From NCBI RefSeq assembly GCF_044704955.1, contig NC_092007.1, positions 11,718,001 to 11,782,000 on the forward strand: DNA of 64,000 nt, given 5' to 3'. This DNA is from Pristiophorus japonicus. Taxonomy: Eukaryota. The number at the start of each line of letters is the position of its first letter. Position 1 is the stretch's first letter. The translations under genes and the position numbers were made by a program. Below the pieces are notes generated by a model. It was not told the DNA's origin. It saw only the letters and a list, made by a program, of their open reading frames with translations, and did not search any database. This document shows, piece by piece, positions 1 to 13,357 of the stretch.

Positions 1-281
1 AAGCTTGTATCTGCAAGCTTCAGATGGCAAACTTCCGATGCAGCTCCTTCGTCGAGACACAGGATAATTCGGTTGGCACCGACAGCGAGCCAGCCATTGG
101 AACAGGGAGGAAGGCAAAAGGTTAGAGCGTGAGCCCATTCCTGCACCATCTGACTCCACATTAAGGCAAGTTAAAAACTGTTTTACTTACCTTCTGTTGG
201 TGGCCTCCCTAGGTGCCTGTAAGGACCATTACAGACAGAGGCATTAGGAATTATAAGTGGAATTAATGAAATGACAGCGAC

Positions 282-1320
282 ATGAAACAAATATTTCCAA
301 CTGTCTTGAAAGAGAAGGCATACATACATTCTAGAAATAGTGGAGAACTAAGGGTCGAGTGCAGATTCCTCTATAACAGAATGGAAAGTGACAAATATAA
401 TGCGCCAGTCAAGAAAGGAGGAAAAGAGAAAACATGGAACTGTACACCAGTTAGCCTCAGATCAGTAGGAGGGGAAATGTTAATCAAATAATCTATTACT
501 GGGGAATTGGTAACAGGGCATTCACAAATCATGATATGATTAGGCAGAGTAAACATTTTTTGATGAAAGTCAACTCATGGTTAATAAAATCTAATCGAGT
601 TTGTGAGGTTGTAACTAGCAGGGTAGATAAGGGGAAAGAGTGCATGTATTGCAATTGGATTTTCAAAACGCTTTTGATAAATTGCCACACAAGAGGATAT
701 TATGCAACATTATCCGTTTTGTAATAGGGGGTAATCTACTTGCATGTATTGAGTTTTGCTTAACGGAAATAAGACTCATGATAGGAATAAAAGGCTTTTC
801 AAAAATGTTGGCAGGCTGTAATGAGTGGGATACCGCAGGGATCAGTGCATGGGCTGCAGGTATTTATAATCTACATCAATGGTTTACATTAGGGGAACGA
901 ATGTAACAAATTCAAATTTGCTGACGAGTCAAAACTAGGTGGGAAACTAAGTTGTGAGGAGATGCAATGTGACTGCAAATAGATATAGACAATTTAAGTG
1001 AGTGCGCAATGAAAGGCCAAATGGAAAATAATCTGACTTAAATGTGAACTTGTGCACTTTGGTAGGAATAAGAGAAAAACAGAACATTTTATAAATGGTA
1101 AGAGATTGCGATATATTGTTATATAGAGCAACCTGAGAGTCCTTATACACGAATCACACAAAGTTAACATGCAGGTACAGCAAGCAATTACGAAAGAAAA
1201 CAGTATGGCAGCCGTCATTACAAAACGATTGGTGAATAAAGTAAAGATTTTTTGTTGCGATTTTGTAACTTCTTGGTGGGAATATACGTGGAGTAATTTG
1301 TACAGTTTAGGTATCCTTAC
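282..1320 (+). mobile_element. Highly degenerate CR1-type LINE ORF2 (RT) fragment
   Basis: Frameshifted RT motifs: KKGGKEK, LDFQNAFDKLPHKR, FAD; many stops. Confidence 0.85.
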
Positions 1321-1323
1321 GTA

Positions 1324-4300
1324 ATAGAAACATAGAAAAATAGAAAATATTTGCAGGAGTAGGCCATTCGGTCCTTCGAGCCTGCATCACCATTCAATAT
1401 GATCATGATGATCATGCACCTTCAATACCCTATTTCTGCTTTCTCTGCATACCCCTTGATCTCTTTATCCATAAGGGTCAAATCTAATTCGCTTTTGAAT
1501 ATATCTCAACTTTCTGTGGTACAAAATTCAACAGGTTCACAATTCTCTGGGTGAAGAAGGCTCTCCTCATCACGGGCCTAAATGGCTTACCCTTATCCTT
1601 AGAATATGACCCCTGGTTCTGGACGTCCACAACATCAGGAACATTCTTCCTGCATCTAACCTGTCTAGTCCCTTCAGAATGTATGTGTTTCTATCAGATC
1701 CCCATTTATTCTCCTAAATTCCAGTAAATATAAGCCTAGTCGATCCAGTCTTTCTTTATAAGTCAATTCTGCCATCCCGGGAATCAGTCTGGTGAACATT
1801 CCATGCACTCCTTCAATAGAAAGAACGTCCTTTCTCAGATTAGGAGACCAAAACTGAATGCAATATTGAAGGTGTGGCCTCACCAATGACCTGCACAACT
1901 GCAATATGACTTCCCTGCTCCTATACTCAAATCCTCTCGCTATGAAGGCCATCATGCCATTTGCCTTCTTCACTGCCTGCTGTACCTACATGCCAACTTT
2001 CAATGACTGATGTACCATGATACCCAGGTCTCGTTGTACCTCCGCTTTCCAAATCGGTCACAATTCAGATAATATTCTGCCTTCCTCTTTTTGCCACCGA
2101 AGTGGTTAACCTCACATGTATCTACATTATACCGGATCTGCCATGCATTTGCCCACTTACCTAACCTGTCCAAGTCAGCCTGCAGCCTCTTAGCCTTCTC
2201 CTCACAGCTCATACTGCCACGCAGCTTAGTGTCATCTGCAAATTTGAAGATATTACTTTAAATTTCTTCATCTACATCATTAATGTATATTGTAAATAGC
2301 TGGGGTTGCAGCACTGAAACTTGCAGCAACCCACTAGTCACTGCCTGCCATTCAGAAAATGATCCGTTTATTCCTATTCTTTGCTTCCTGTCTGCCAACC
2401 AGTTCTCTATCCACGTCAATACATTACCCCCGATACCATGTGCTTTTATTTTGCACACTAATCTCTTATATGGGACCTTGTCAAAAGCCTTTTGAAAGTA
2501 CGAATATACCACACCCACTGGTACTCCCTTGTCCACTCTTCTAGTTACATCCTCAAAAAATTTGAGAAGATATGTCAAGCATGATTTCGCTTTCATAAAT
2601 CCATGCTGACTTGGACTGATCCTGTCACTGCTTTCCAAATGCACTGCTATTATATATTTAATAATTGATTCCAACATTTTCCCCACTACCGATGTGAGGC
2701 TAACTGGTCTATAATTCGCTGTTTTCTCTCTCCCTCCTTTTTTAAAAAGTGGGGTTACACAAGTTACCCTCCAATCCATAGGAACTGATCCAGTGTCTAT
2801 CGAATTTTGGAAAATGATCACCAATGGATCCATAATTTCGAGGGCCAGTTCCTTAAGTACTCTGGGATGCACACTATCAGGCTGAGGGGATATATTGGCC
2901 CTCAATCCCCTCAATTTCCCGAAGACAATTTCCTGACTAATAAGGATTTCCTTCAGTTCCTCCTTCTCGCTAGATCCTCAGTCCCCTATTATTTTCGGGA
3001 AGTTATTCGTGTCTTCCTTCATAAAGACAGAACCAAAGTATTTCTTCAATTGGTCTGCCATTTCCATGTTCTCCATTATGAATTCACCTCATTCTGACTG
3101 CAATGGACCTGCATTAGTCTTCACTAATCTTTTCTCTTCACGCATCTATAGAAGCTTTTGCAGTCGGTTTTTATGTTGCCTGCAAACTTACTCTCTTACT
3201 CTATTTTCCGCCACCTAATTAACCCCTTAGTCCTCGTCTGCTGGGTTCTAAATGTCTCCCAGTCCTCAGGTTTGCTGCTTTTTCTGGTCAATTTATATGC
3301 CTCTTCTTTGGATTTAACACAATTTCTCTTGTTAGCCATGGTTGAGCACCTTTCCCTTTTTAGTTTTACGCCAGACAGGGATGTACAACTGTTGTAGTTT
3401 ATCCATGTGATCGTTAAATATCTGCCATTGCCTATCTACCGTCAGCCCTTTAACATCGAAACATAGAAAATAGGTGCAGCAGTAGGCCATTCGGCCCTTC
3501 GAGCCTGCACCGTCATTCAATGAGTTCATGGCTGAACATGCAACTTCAGTACTCCATTCCTGCTTTCTCGCCATACCCCTTGATCCCCCTAGTAGTAAGG
3601 ACTATATCTAACTCCAGTCGCCAGTCTATCTTAGTCAATTCACGTCTCATACCATCAAAGTTACCTTTCTTTAAGTTCAAGATCCTAGTCCCTGAATTAA
3701 GTGTGTCACACTCCATCTGAATGAAGATTTCTACCATATTATGGTCACTCTTCCCCAAGGGGCCTCGCAGAACCAGATTGCTAATTCATCCTCTATCATT
3801 ACACAAGACCCAGTCTAGGATGGCCTGCTCTCTAGTTGGTTCCTCGACATATTGGTCTGGAAACCATCCCATATACACTCCAGGAAATCCTCCTCCACAG
3901 TACTGATACCAGTTTAGTTCGGCCATCCTATATGTAGATTAAGGTCACCCATGATAACTGCTATACCCTTATTGCACGCATCCCTAATTTCCTATTGGAT
4001 TGTATTCCCCAACCTCCTTACTACTGTTTGATGGTCTGTACACAATTCCCACTAATAATTTCTGCTTTTTTAAGTTTTGCAGCTCTACCCATATAGATTC
4101 CACATCATCCAAGCTAATGTCATTCCTTACTATTGCGTTAATCTCCTCTTTAACCAGTAATGCTACCCCACCTCCTTTTCCGTCCTGTCTATCCTTCCTG
4201 AATATTGAATACGCCTGGATGTTGAGTTCCCAGTCTTTGTTACCCTGGAGCTATGACTCCATAATCCGAATTACATCATATCCGTTAACAGCTATCTGCG

Positions 4301-5250
4301 AAGTTAATTCATCCACCATTTTACGAATGCTCCTCACATTGAGACTCAGAGTCTTTAGGCTTGTTTTTAACTCTTTTTGTCCTTTTAGAATTATGTTGTA
4401 ATGTGGCCATTTTTGATTTTGTCCTTGATTTCTCTGCCCTCAACTCTTGTTTTTCTCCTTTCTATCTTTTGCTTCGGCCCCCTTTTTACTTCCCTCTGCC
4501 TCACTGTATAGATTCCAATCCCCCTGCCATATTAGTTTAAACCCTCCCAAATAGCACTTGGAAACACTCGACCTCGGACATAGATTCTGGTCCTGCCCAG
4601 TTGCAGACCGTCCAGTTTTTATTGATCCCACCTCCCCCAGAATCGGTTCCAATGTCTCAAGAATTTGAATCCCTTGCACCATGCCTCAAGCCATGTGTTC
4701 TTCTGAACTATCCTGCTAATCTTACTCTGACTAGCATGTGGCACTTGTAGCAGTCCTGAGATTACTACCTTTGAGGTTCTACTTTTTAATGTAACTACTA
4801 GCTTCCTAAATTCAGCTTGACGGACCCTATCCCGTTTTTTCCCGATATCGTTGGTACCGATATACACCACGACAGCTGCCTGTTCACTCTACCCCTCCAG
4901 AACGCCCTGCAGCAGCTCCGAGACATCCTTGCCCCTTGCACTATGGAGGCAACATACCATCCTGGAGTCTCGTTTGTGGCCGCAGAAAGATCTATATATT
5001 CCCCTTACAAATGAATACCCTATCGCTATAGCTATCCCACTCTTTTTCCTGCCCTCCTGTGCAGCAGCGGCACCCACGGTGCCATGAGCTTGGCTGCTGC
5101 TGCATTCCACTGATGAGCCAGCTTTCCCAACAATATTCAAAACGGTATATCTGTTTTGGAGGTAGATGGCTGCAGGAGCCCCCTGCATTACTTTCCTTCC
5201 CCTGCTCTTCCTGCTGGTCACCCATTCCCTACCTGCCTGCATAACCTTTA
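1324..5250 (-). mobile_element. Near full-length decayed CR1 LINE (ORF1 esterase + ORF2 APE-RT)
   Basis: (CATAGAAA)-type tail at 1324; ORF2 pieces NYRPVSLTSVVGK, QHGF, VRPHLQYCIQFWSP, endonuclease LGKSDHN; ORF1 SGNH esterase pieces IGYSFVRG and IGTNDIG at 4619-5242. Confidence 0.95.
3454..3615 (-). mobile_element. Short CR1 3' end nested in the 1324-5250 LINE
   Basis: Second tail catcgaaacatagaaaatagg plus GIKGYGEKAG; the host LINE resumes at 3616, matching the uninterrupted sequence near 47960-48000. Confidence 0.9.
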
Positions 5251-5252
5251 CC

Positions 5253-5950
5253 TGTCTTAGTGGGAGTGCAGTGAAGTTTCACTGGACAGATTGCTTGGAT
5301 GAGGATATTTCCTCTGAGGTGAAGTTGAGTAGTCTAGGCCTATACTCTCTAGAGTTTCAAAGAATTTGAAGTGATCTCATTGAAACGAAAACATTTCTTA
5401 TGGGACAGAGATGGTAGATGCTGGGAGGATATGTCTCCTGGCTGGGGAGTCCAGAATTTCAGAATAAGGTGTCAGCCATTTAGGACTGAGGTGAGGAGGC
5501 ATTTCTTCAAATCAAAGGATTGTGAATCTTTTGTATTTTCCAATCCAAATCACTGCCAATGCTCAGTAGTTGACTATTCCCAAGACAGAAACCGATAGAT
5601 GTTTGGATATTATGGGAACGATTCGACTCATCCTGTCAGTGCCAGCCACAATGGAGCCATCCTTCCTATTCCAACTTTCCAGCTCTTGGTCCATAGCGTT
5701 GTTGGTTACTCCACATCAAGTACTAATCCAGTTACTTTTTAAAATGCGATTCGGCTTTTTGCCTCCTACACCCTTTCACGCATTGAGTTCGAGGCCCAGT
5801 CCACACTATGGGTGGAAAAGATTCTCCTCATCTATCCATCTAATCCATCTACCATTTACTTAAAATCTATGTCACATGGTTATTTGATAAATGAAATATG
5901 GCCTTCATATCTTCTCTATCCAGAACCCTCATGATTTATTATGTTCTTGT
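5253..5950. mobile_element. Two old CR1 3' fragments (5253-5620 +, about 5630-5950 -)
   Basis: LGLYSLEFQRI and FRTEVRRHFF on +; a degenerate reverse-complement 3' region follows. Confidence 0.7.
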
Positions 5951-6720
5951 ATACTTACTTGTATTCCCGCAGCATGTACACCACTGGTGCTGAAAAACTT
6001 TGCAGTATTTCTGTCCCAGCAAATGTATAACACTCGTGCGGCAAAATAAGAGTCTTCGCCTGCAGTGCAGTAGAAGGGTCTCCGTCAGTCCAACAAAAGT
6101 GGGGTCTCGAATATGAATAGAATCAGCTTTAGCAGCAGAACGGCATTTCCACGTCTTATATTACTGTAGGCATCCTAGCACTGGAGGACTATGTTCATAT
6201 CTCGTGCAAATGTAGAGTACAACTAGTACCTTAGAAGCAGTAGCAACACCAGTGTAAGTGTAGGGATACACTTGTGCCTGACGATAACCTTCACCACTAG
6301 TATAAGTGTAGGAGTGCTGGTACAACTGGAGGAGGACGGTCAGTTTTAGTGCAAATGTACGCTGCCACTAATATCAGAAGAGCACTTTCACTTCCAGTGT
6401 AACTGTACGTGTGCCACTAGTACCAGAAGAACACGGTCATCTCTGGTGTAAGTGCAGGGCTACCACTCGTACCGAAGGAGTACTTTCACACCTAGTATAA
6501 ATATAATGTGTCACGAGACCCAGAGCAGCATGTTCACCTCTAATATAAGTACAGAATTACCAGTAGTACAGGAAAAGCTTGTTCATCTCTAGCATAGTGT
6601 AGCTGTACCACTACACCCAGAGTAGCGTGTTCAGCTCTAATATAAGTATAGGTTTATCACTATTACAGGAGAATCATTGCCACCTCTATTGTAATTGTAG
6701 GGGTAACACTAATGCTGCTA
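5950..6720. repeat. Diverged 49-bp minisatellite, left part
   Basis: CCACTA-like anchor at 6365, 6414, 6463, about 6512; consensus about CCACTAGTACCAGAGGAGCACGTTCACCTCTAGTGTAAGTGTAGGGNTA. Confidence 0.85.
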
Positions 6721-6724
6721 AAGC

Positions 6725-7790
6725 GAGGAAGTAGTAAGGGGTTTAGCAGCTTTGAAAGTCGCTAAAACCCCAGGCCCGGATGAGCCATATCTATGCTGTT
6801 AAGAGATGCAAAAGAGGAAATAACAGTGGTTTGTTCTTTATTTTCCAATCCTCTCTGGCTACAGGTGTGGGGCTGGTGGACTGGATGATAGCTAATGTCG
6901 AACATTTGTTTAAAGAGGGAGAAAGCAATAGACCGAATAATTACAGGCAGTCAGCCTAACATCGGTGGTGGGAAAATTATTGGAAAAAATCTGATTGACA
7001 GATAAATGTTCATTTATAAGATATGAATTAGTCAAGGACAGTCAGCATGGATTTGTTAAGGGAAGGTCGTGCCTGACTAACTTGGAGGTCACCAGGAAGG
7101 TCAATGCCATTAATACGTTTGATACAGTTAATATGTATTTTAGCAAGGCCTTTGAAAAGGTCACACATGGCACACTGGTCAGGAAAGTAAAAACCCATGG
7201 GATCCTGGTAAAGTGGGAAGTTGGATCCAAAATTGGTTGAGAATCAAAGCGTAATGGTTGTTTGGTATTTGGCCAATTTGTGACTGAAATGCTTTTACCA
7301 GTGGTGATCTGCAGGGCTCAGTATTAGATCCATTGCTCTATGTGGTATATCAACGGTTAAACTTGAATATACGCGGTATGATTAAGACATTTTCAGATGT
7401 TACTAAAAGTCAGCTGTTTCGATGATAATGAAGAAGAACGCTGTAGACTGCAATAAGATATCAATGAACTGGTTAGGTGGGCAGAGCAGAGGCAAATGGA
7501 ATTAATCCGTAGAAGTGTGAGGTAATGCATTTGGGGTGGTTTAAACAGGAAATGGAATACACATTAAATGGTAGGACACTGCAAAGTGTAGAGGAAAAAA
7601 GGGACCATGAAGTACATGTAAACAGAGCCCTGAAATTAGCAGTTCAGGTGGATAAGGTAGATATGAAGGCGTACGGACTAAGAACTGCAAAATTGTGTAG
7701 GCTGGATAGCTCTTTGATGGCTAGCGCAGACATGTTAGACTGAAATGGTCTCCTTTCATGCTGCAAACTTGCATGATTCTATGATTCTAT
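6725..7790 (+). mobile_element. Degenerate CR1 fragment inserted in the 49-bp array
   Basis: SQHGFVKGRSCLTNL, FSKAFEKV; (ATGATTCT)n tail near 7775-7790. Confidence 0.85.
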
Positions 7791-8260
7791 ACCAGCAGAG
7801 CACTGTCAGCTCGAATATAATTATAGTTTACCACTAACATCAGAAGGGCACTTTCAGTGCCAGTGTAATTGTGTTGGTATCGCTGCTATCGGTGGAAAAC
7901 AGTCACATCGAGAGCAACTGTTGGTGTGCCAATGGTGCAGAACAAGCTGGAGCACCGCTGGTGTAAGTGCAGGAAACCACTCGATCAGGACATTCACGTC
8001 CATTACCTGAATGAGTTCAGCGTTATCACTGGTGCCAGAGGAGCAAGATTACCTCGAGTATAAGTGCAGTGTACAACTAGAACTGCAGTGGCACTTTCTC
8101 CTCTGTTGGAAATGTAGTGCTATGAATAGTACCAGAGATGTAAGATCACCACGATTTTAAGTGTGGGTCATCCACAGTTACAACAGAAGCACTCTCACCT
8201 CAAATACAAGGATAGATTTACAACAACTACCAGAGGAATGCGGTTACCTTCAATGCCCTA
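7790..8260. repeat. Diverged 49-bp minisatellite, right part
   Basis: Same unit resumes after the LINE tail (ccactaacatcagaagggcactttcagtgccagtgtaattgt). Confidence 0.75.
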
Positions 8261-8696
8261 CGACTGTGCTCACAACCAATTGTGCACGACATGGCTCACC
8301 AGCTGTTCTGGACGGGTTTGACCAATCCGACTGAGTCAAGGATAGGGGCAGGACATGCAGGGCTAGGGGAGCTGCCATCACTGCTCCTGCAGTAATAGGC
8401 TCAGCAGCTGTACTGTGAGATTGCACATACAAATTGTAATGAAGATTTTATTTGAGCACGCTTTTTAGAAAATTCCCGCTAACACTTTCAATTATTTCAT
8501 TAATCTGATGAATCAGACAAAAACAATTTATCTCAGTCTATTTGTTAAGTGACTGTAAATAATGCTAATTATGAGTTAACCTGATTGACTCTCTGGTGGA
8601 TTGACGTGTGGATAAATATATGTTCCCTTCCATTGCCTCAGACGTGTGCCTATCAGAATATTTCAGTTCCAAACGAATACATCCACTGTCACGAAA

Positions 8697-8766
8697 ATGG
8701 GCCAACTAATGATGCTACAGATAAAAGCGATTTATTTCCCGATTCTCGCAGTCATCGGTGTAACAG
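8697..8766 (+). CDS. GPR139-like GPCR, coding exon 1 (MGQLMMLQIKAIYFPILAVIGVT)
   Basis: ATG 8697 in aaaATGG context, open 70 nt, donor G|GTGAGT at 8767; phase 1 joins exon 2 to complete TM1 (GVT-A-NL). Confidence 0.9.
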
Positions 8767-8853
8767 GTGAGTCATATTAACCTGTTTGTTGTTGATCTGT
8801 ATGAACTGACTCATGTTCTTACCACATGTAGGATACGATAACGTGTTTTCTAG

Positions 8854-9204
8854 ATAGAAACATAGAAAACATAGAAAATAGGTGCAGGAGTAGGCCATTC
8901 GGCCCTTCTAGCCTGCACCGCCATTCAATGAGTTCATGGCTGAACATTCAACTTCAGTACCCCATTCCTGCTTTCTCGCCATACCCCTTGATCCCCCGAG
9001 TAGTAAGGACCTCATCTAACTCCTTTTTGAATATATTTAGTGAATTGGCCTCAACAACGTTCTGTGGTAGAGAATTCCACAGGTTCACCACTCTCTGGGT
9101 GAAGAAGTTCCTCCGCATCTCGGTCCTAAATGGCTTACCCCTTATCCTTAGACTGTGACCTCTGGTTCTGGACTTCCCCAACATTGGGAACATTCTTCCT
9201 GCAT
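8854..9204 (-). mobile_element. Young 5'-truncated CR1 in the GPCR intron
   Basis: Intact ORF2 C-terminus RTRGHSLRIRGKPFRTEMRRNFFTQRVVNLWNSLP and (CATAGAAA)n tail. Confidence 0.95.
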
Positions 9205-9575
9205 TGTAATGGCAGCATTACAGGGTCATTAGAGACTGGAACAATCTCACTGAAGCGGCCGTCCACACTTTCTGCTTTCCCCTTAAGCTGATATCATTAA
9301 TGAAGTTACAATATTCTCTGAAGCTACAGTCCAAGGATTTTGGCTGATTTCTGGATTGTCTTGATGCCCCGTGCACAGTGAGCATTGCAGCAGCTCAGTA
9401 AAGTATGTGGGTTGGTTTTGAAGGTTAGAGGTCCATTACTAATCATATTCCACACAGGTCCATGCTGACAGTAAGACCGAATGGAGTAAAATGCTCTCAC
9501 CAGATATTTCCATCTATATTTCTATATTTCAATCAGACACTCCAACATTATTTCTCTGCTCTCTTTTTCTTACAG

Positions 9576-10486
9576 CGAACTTGGTGACAATTGTTATTTT
9601 ATCCCGAAGGAATTGTGGCCTTTCCAAGTGTATCTCTGTCTACATGATCGCCATGGCATCCGTGGATCTACTGGTCATGATCGTCAATGTAATGCTGTAC
9701 AATATTTTCAGTAATCGCTTTACACTTTCATTCCTGTCCCACACTCCCGTGTGTAAGCTCATTTTATACATGACTGCTGTCAACCTTGATTTGTCTGTTT
9801 GGTTCACCGTTTCCTTCACATTTGACCGATTTGTGGTTATCTGCTGCCAGAAGTTTAAAACAAAGTATTGCACCGAGAGAACTGCGGCCATGGTTATAAC
9901 AGCTTTCACATTCCTCATCTTTTTAAAGAACATCCCTGTTTTGCTTGCATTTGAACCTCATCAAATAATTAACAAGGTACATTGGGGTTGCGTGACAAGT
10001 GTAGCATTTGTTTCCTCACCTCCAGGTGCGGCATACGTCTGGTTTCACAGCGCCTGGGGCGTTTGGTTTCCCTTTACTTTAATTGCCTTGTTAAATTGTT
10101 TGACAGGCAGACGTATTTTAGTGGCCAGTAGATCCCGCAGGGGACTCAGGGGCCACAGGAGTGAGACGCAGAGCGATTCAGAGATGGAGAACCGAAAGAA
10201 ATCCATAATTTTACTCTTTGCTATATCGGGCAGTTTTGTATTGTTGTGGCTGACTGCTGCCGTGAGTTTGGTAACTACCAGGTTGGCAAGCATTAATTAT
10301 TACCGAGGTGACCGCACAGACCCTGGATATATCGCCACTGAAACAGGACTAATGTTAAAGTTTTTGAGTTGCTTTCAAAACCCGTGTATTTATGCAGCGA
10401 CCCAGAGGAAATTCAGAGAAGAGCTGAAGACAGTGGTGAAATCTCCCTGGACATTCATTCTGAGGTTGGTTAGAAAAAGACAGTAA
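9576..10486 (+). CDS. GPR139-like class A GPCR, coding exon 2 (spliced product 326 aa)
   Basis: Pyrimidine tract + tacag acceptor ending 9575; ILSRRNCGLSKC, DLL, FTFDRF, NRKKSIILLF, NPCIY; no stops; AATAAA at 10826. Confidence 0.9.
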
Positions 10487-11179
10487 AACGATTCAATCCT
10501 AAAGAGAGCTTCCTCGTCACGAAAGCTCAATTTTACCTCTATTTCCACCGCAGAACATCCGTTTTCTGTGGTGATTGAAAAATTGGTGAGATCTTGTGTG
10601 AACATTTCAGCCATTTTGTAGGATGTGTTTGATTTATGCATTGCTTTAGTTTTTCGCACTTGTTTCGCTGAGTAAACATAATCTATTCCTGCAAATGAAG
10701 CACAGTCACGTTCAGGGATCAAGGATAACAATGATGAGTTCAGCAGTGGAGCCAGACATGTGACAAGACAGGAATCCACCATACACTGCAGATAAAGGGA
10801 TCAGGCGTCGCACTTTAAAATCATCAATAAAGTTTAATTCTCTGCTAAAATCATCAAAGGTCTTGTGATCGCCGATATTGGTAATTTTCCTGTAAGTTTG
10901 GTGTGAATAATACAGGCGCGGATCTCTCTATTGGACACCATTCCTCATTGACAAGTGGAGCAGGCTTTTGTCATGTGATCAGTGGAGAAAACAGTTGGAA
11001 CTCGGTTAATCGATGTGACCTTTCACCTCTTGTGTCCCAGATACTGACTGAAATTGTCGATTGTGCACCGACTGCTGTCTCTGACTCAGCACAAAGATGG
11101 AGCTGGCTCTTGTATTGTGCTGTCGATAAAGTTATGATGAGTAATATTATTGATATTCTGTGTTAAGGTCTCTCCTCAG

Positions 11180-11395
11180 ATACAGGAAATGAATGTTAAA
11201 ATAATGACTTCCATAATTTTTTAAACTATCAATTGATGCAAGTAATCGGATGTAAACGGATACGATATCGTTGCAATTATGGAAACATTGTTGCAGGGTG
11301 ACCAGGGTTGAGAACTGAATATCCAAGGATGTTCCATATTTAGGAAGGAGAGGCAAAAAACAATGGTGTGGCATTGTTAGCTGCGAGATATAAAT
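11180..11395 (+). mobile_element. CR1 endonuclease-domain remnant
   Basis: YDIVAIMETLLQGDQG*ELNIQG..FRKER, similar to the 48033-48662 ORF. Confidence 0.7.
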
Positions 11396-12052
11396 TGTAA
11401 GGTTGCAAATAGGGGGTCAGAATTATACTGAAGGTAGTGAACATATAATTGCCTATGTCGGTAAAACTTCCTTATATAGGCATAGCACACATACGAATTA
11501 AACTGTAGCTTAAACTTAGTAACTCTTAAACAGCCGAAGTCAGTTGTTTTGTTTAAAAGTCCCTGAGGAAGAGATAAAGAAGTCAGTACAAACCACCCTA
11601 GGCCTCGGATAGACTGGGGTAGAGAGCAAAATGGAACAAAACAATGATGAGAGATGCACAGTTGCATTTACCACTCTGAGCCCGTCTGATAAGAGTCGAC
11701 AAATCAATGTCACTTCGCTGATAACAGTAGACCTATCGATGATTTTGAGGAGGATAGCTCCTCTCCAAAACCTGTATAAATTATCCTTGAAAATTCTTGT
11801 ATTTCGGAGGTTCCACGACTGAACCTTCCCTTGCAATTGTTCGTAATAAAAGCCGATTGAACCTGCGATTTCGTGTGTTCACTTCCGTCGGTCGATATAC
11901 AACAGGAGAAGGGCGAGGTATCGATTAACTACATCAGTTAGTCCACCTTGAGGGAGCGAAGCCTCCTTTTTCCCCAACAGAAGGGTAGGTGTCGATTAAC
12001 TATATCAGTTAGTCCACCTTGAAGGAGAGAAGCCTCCTTTTTAACCCCTACA
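11396..12052 (+). mobile_element. ERV-A 5' LTR
   Basis: TGTAAGG...CCCCTACA termini; TATAAA 11775, AATAAA 11845; followed after 2 nt by a PBS. The left boundary is inferred from the end of the LINE remnant. Confidence 0.75.
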
Positions 12053-12054
12053 TT

Positions 12055-12072
12055 TGGCGTCACGAACAGGAT
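12055..12072 (+). promoter_or_regulatory. Primer-binding site complementary to tRNA-Ser(CGA) 3' end
   Basis: TGGCGTCACGAACAGGAT is the reverse complement of ATCCTGTTCGTGACG-CCA, a vertebrate tRNA-Ser(CGA) 3' end as recalled. Confidence 0.85.
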
Positions 12073-13357
12073 GCAGACCCTCTGACATGGATGATGTGAC
12101 AGCTAAATGGCAGTGAGTATGTTTTGTAACACCTGCAGCTGTAGCATTGATGGGGAAGGAGGTAATCTGTATAAAGAAATAGAAGGGGAAATCTGTTGAA
12201 CAAGTTACAGCGAATCACGGAAGGATGAAAACCAAGGGCGGGATAGCTTTATTGCCTGAAGAAGAAGGGGGAAGAGGACCCCAGCGATCGTTAGAGGAAA
12301 ATTAAGGTGTATGTCCCGAAGCGTGACACGGTAATAACACGGAGACGCCGGTATTGGTCGTGTGCAGTGCAAAGAAGAAGGAATACAACCTAAAGAGTGG
12401 GGTGGAACCCCAGGATCCTAGGAAAACTGGCCAGTGGGATACAATGCTAGCTGAGAAAAATGGAAAATTAATAAAAGAAAATTGCTGGATAAACACGTTG
12501 AATTTAAAAAGGACAACGTGTTTATATTAAAAAATTAAAATGCAACCTTGAAAGCTGCAGCTGCTAGAAAGAGAAACAGAGACCTTTAGAAAAATGGACT
12601 GGAGGAAATCATCAAAATACAAAACCTAATTTGAAGAAAGGAGATGAAATTAGCTGTGAAAAAAATATTGATTTATATATAAAAACTTACGAGGTAAACC
12701 CGACACAGAAGTATTGTGCCGAGAAAGAGACACAAAGATGTTTAACTATGGAATAGAGGAAGATCATCAAAAAAGAAAAATTATTATGTTTGGATTCAAA
12801 AGGGCAAAAAAACCGAAGTTCTGCGAACTCCGCAAAGGAAGGAAAAAACTGGGAATTAGAGAATTCTTAAAAAAGCTGGAACCGGCACAGAAGTTTAGAT
12901 TTTGTGCAGAGAGAAATAAAAAACAAGATTTGCTCAGTGAATGGGAGCGTAAAAATTAAATGCTGGATTGCATATAGCTTGTGGTAAAATTGGATTTCAG
13001 TCAACAAAATAGCTATTAAAAATGTGTGGTCTTGTTTTAAATCAGTGAAAAAATCTTTGCCAAGTATTAAAATTGGAAGTTCAGACAAATTGGAGATTAA
13101 TCTAAAATGCTGTCTTTCCCAATGAGAAGGTTTTATTATGACAACTTTACTAATGATTTCTGCTGTTTTAATGGAGTTCCAATACCTAAGCCAGTTTTGA
13201 AAGCACAAAGGCTTGGGAAAAACATTGTCATGATTATGCGAAGTCACATAATGACGCCCGGCCTTCTTACAACCCTCTAAAGGAGTTAAACCTTTCCATT
13301 GACAGCTGTTTTATACTGGACATTATTAATTTGGATTTCTTAATAAAAGAAAAGAAA

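Noticed and set aside
9491-9575. N-terminus of the listed 331-aa ORF
   Set aside because: Intronic pyrimidine tract; exon 1 at 8697-8766 fits better.
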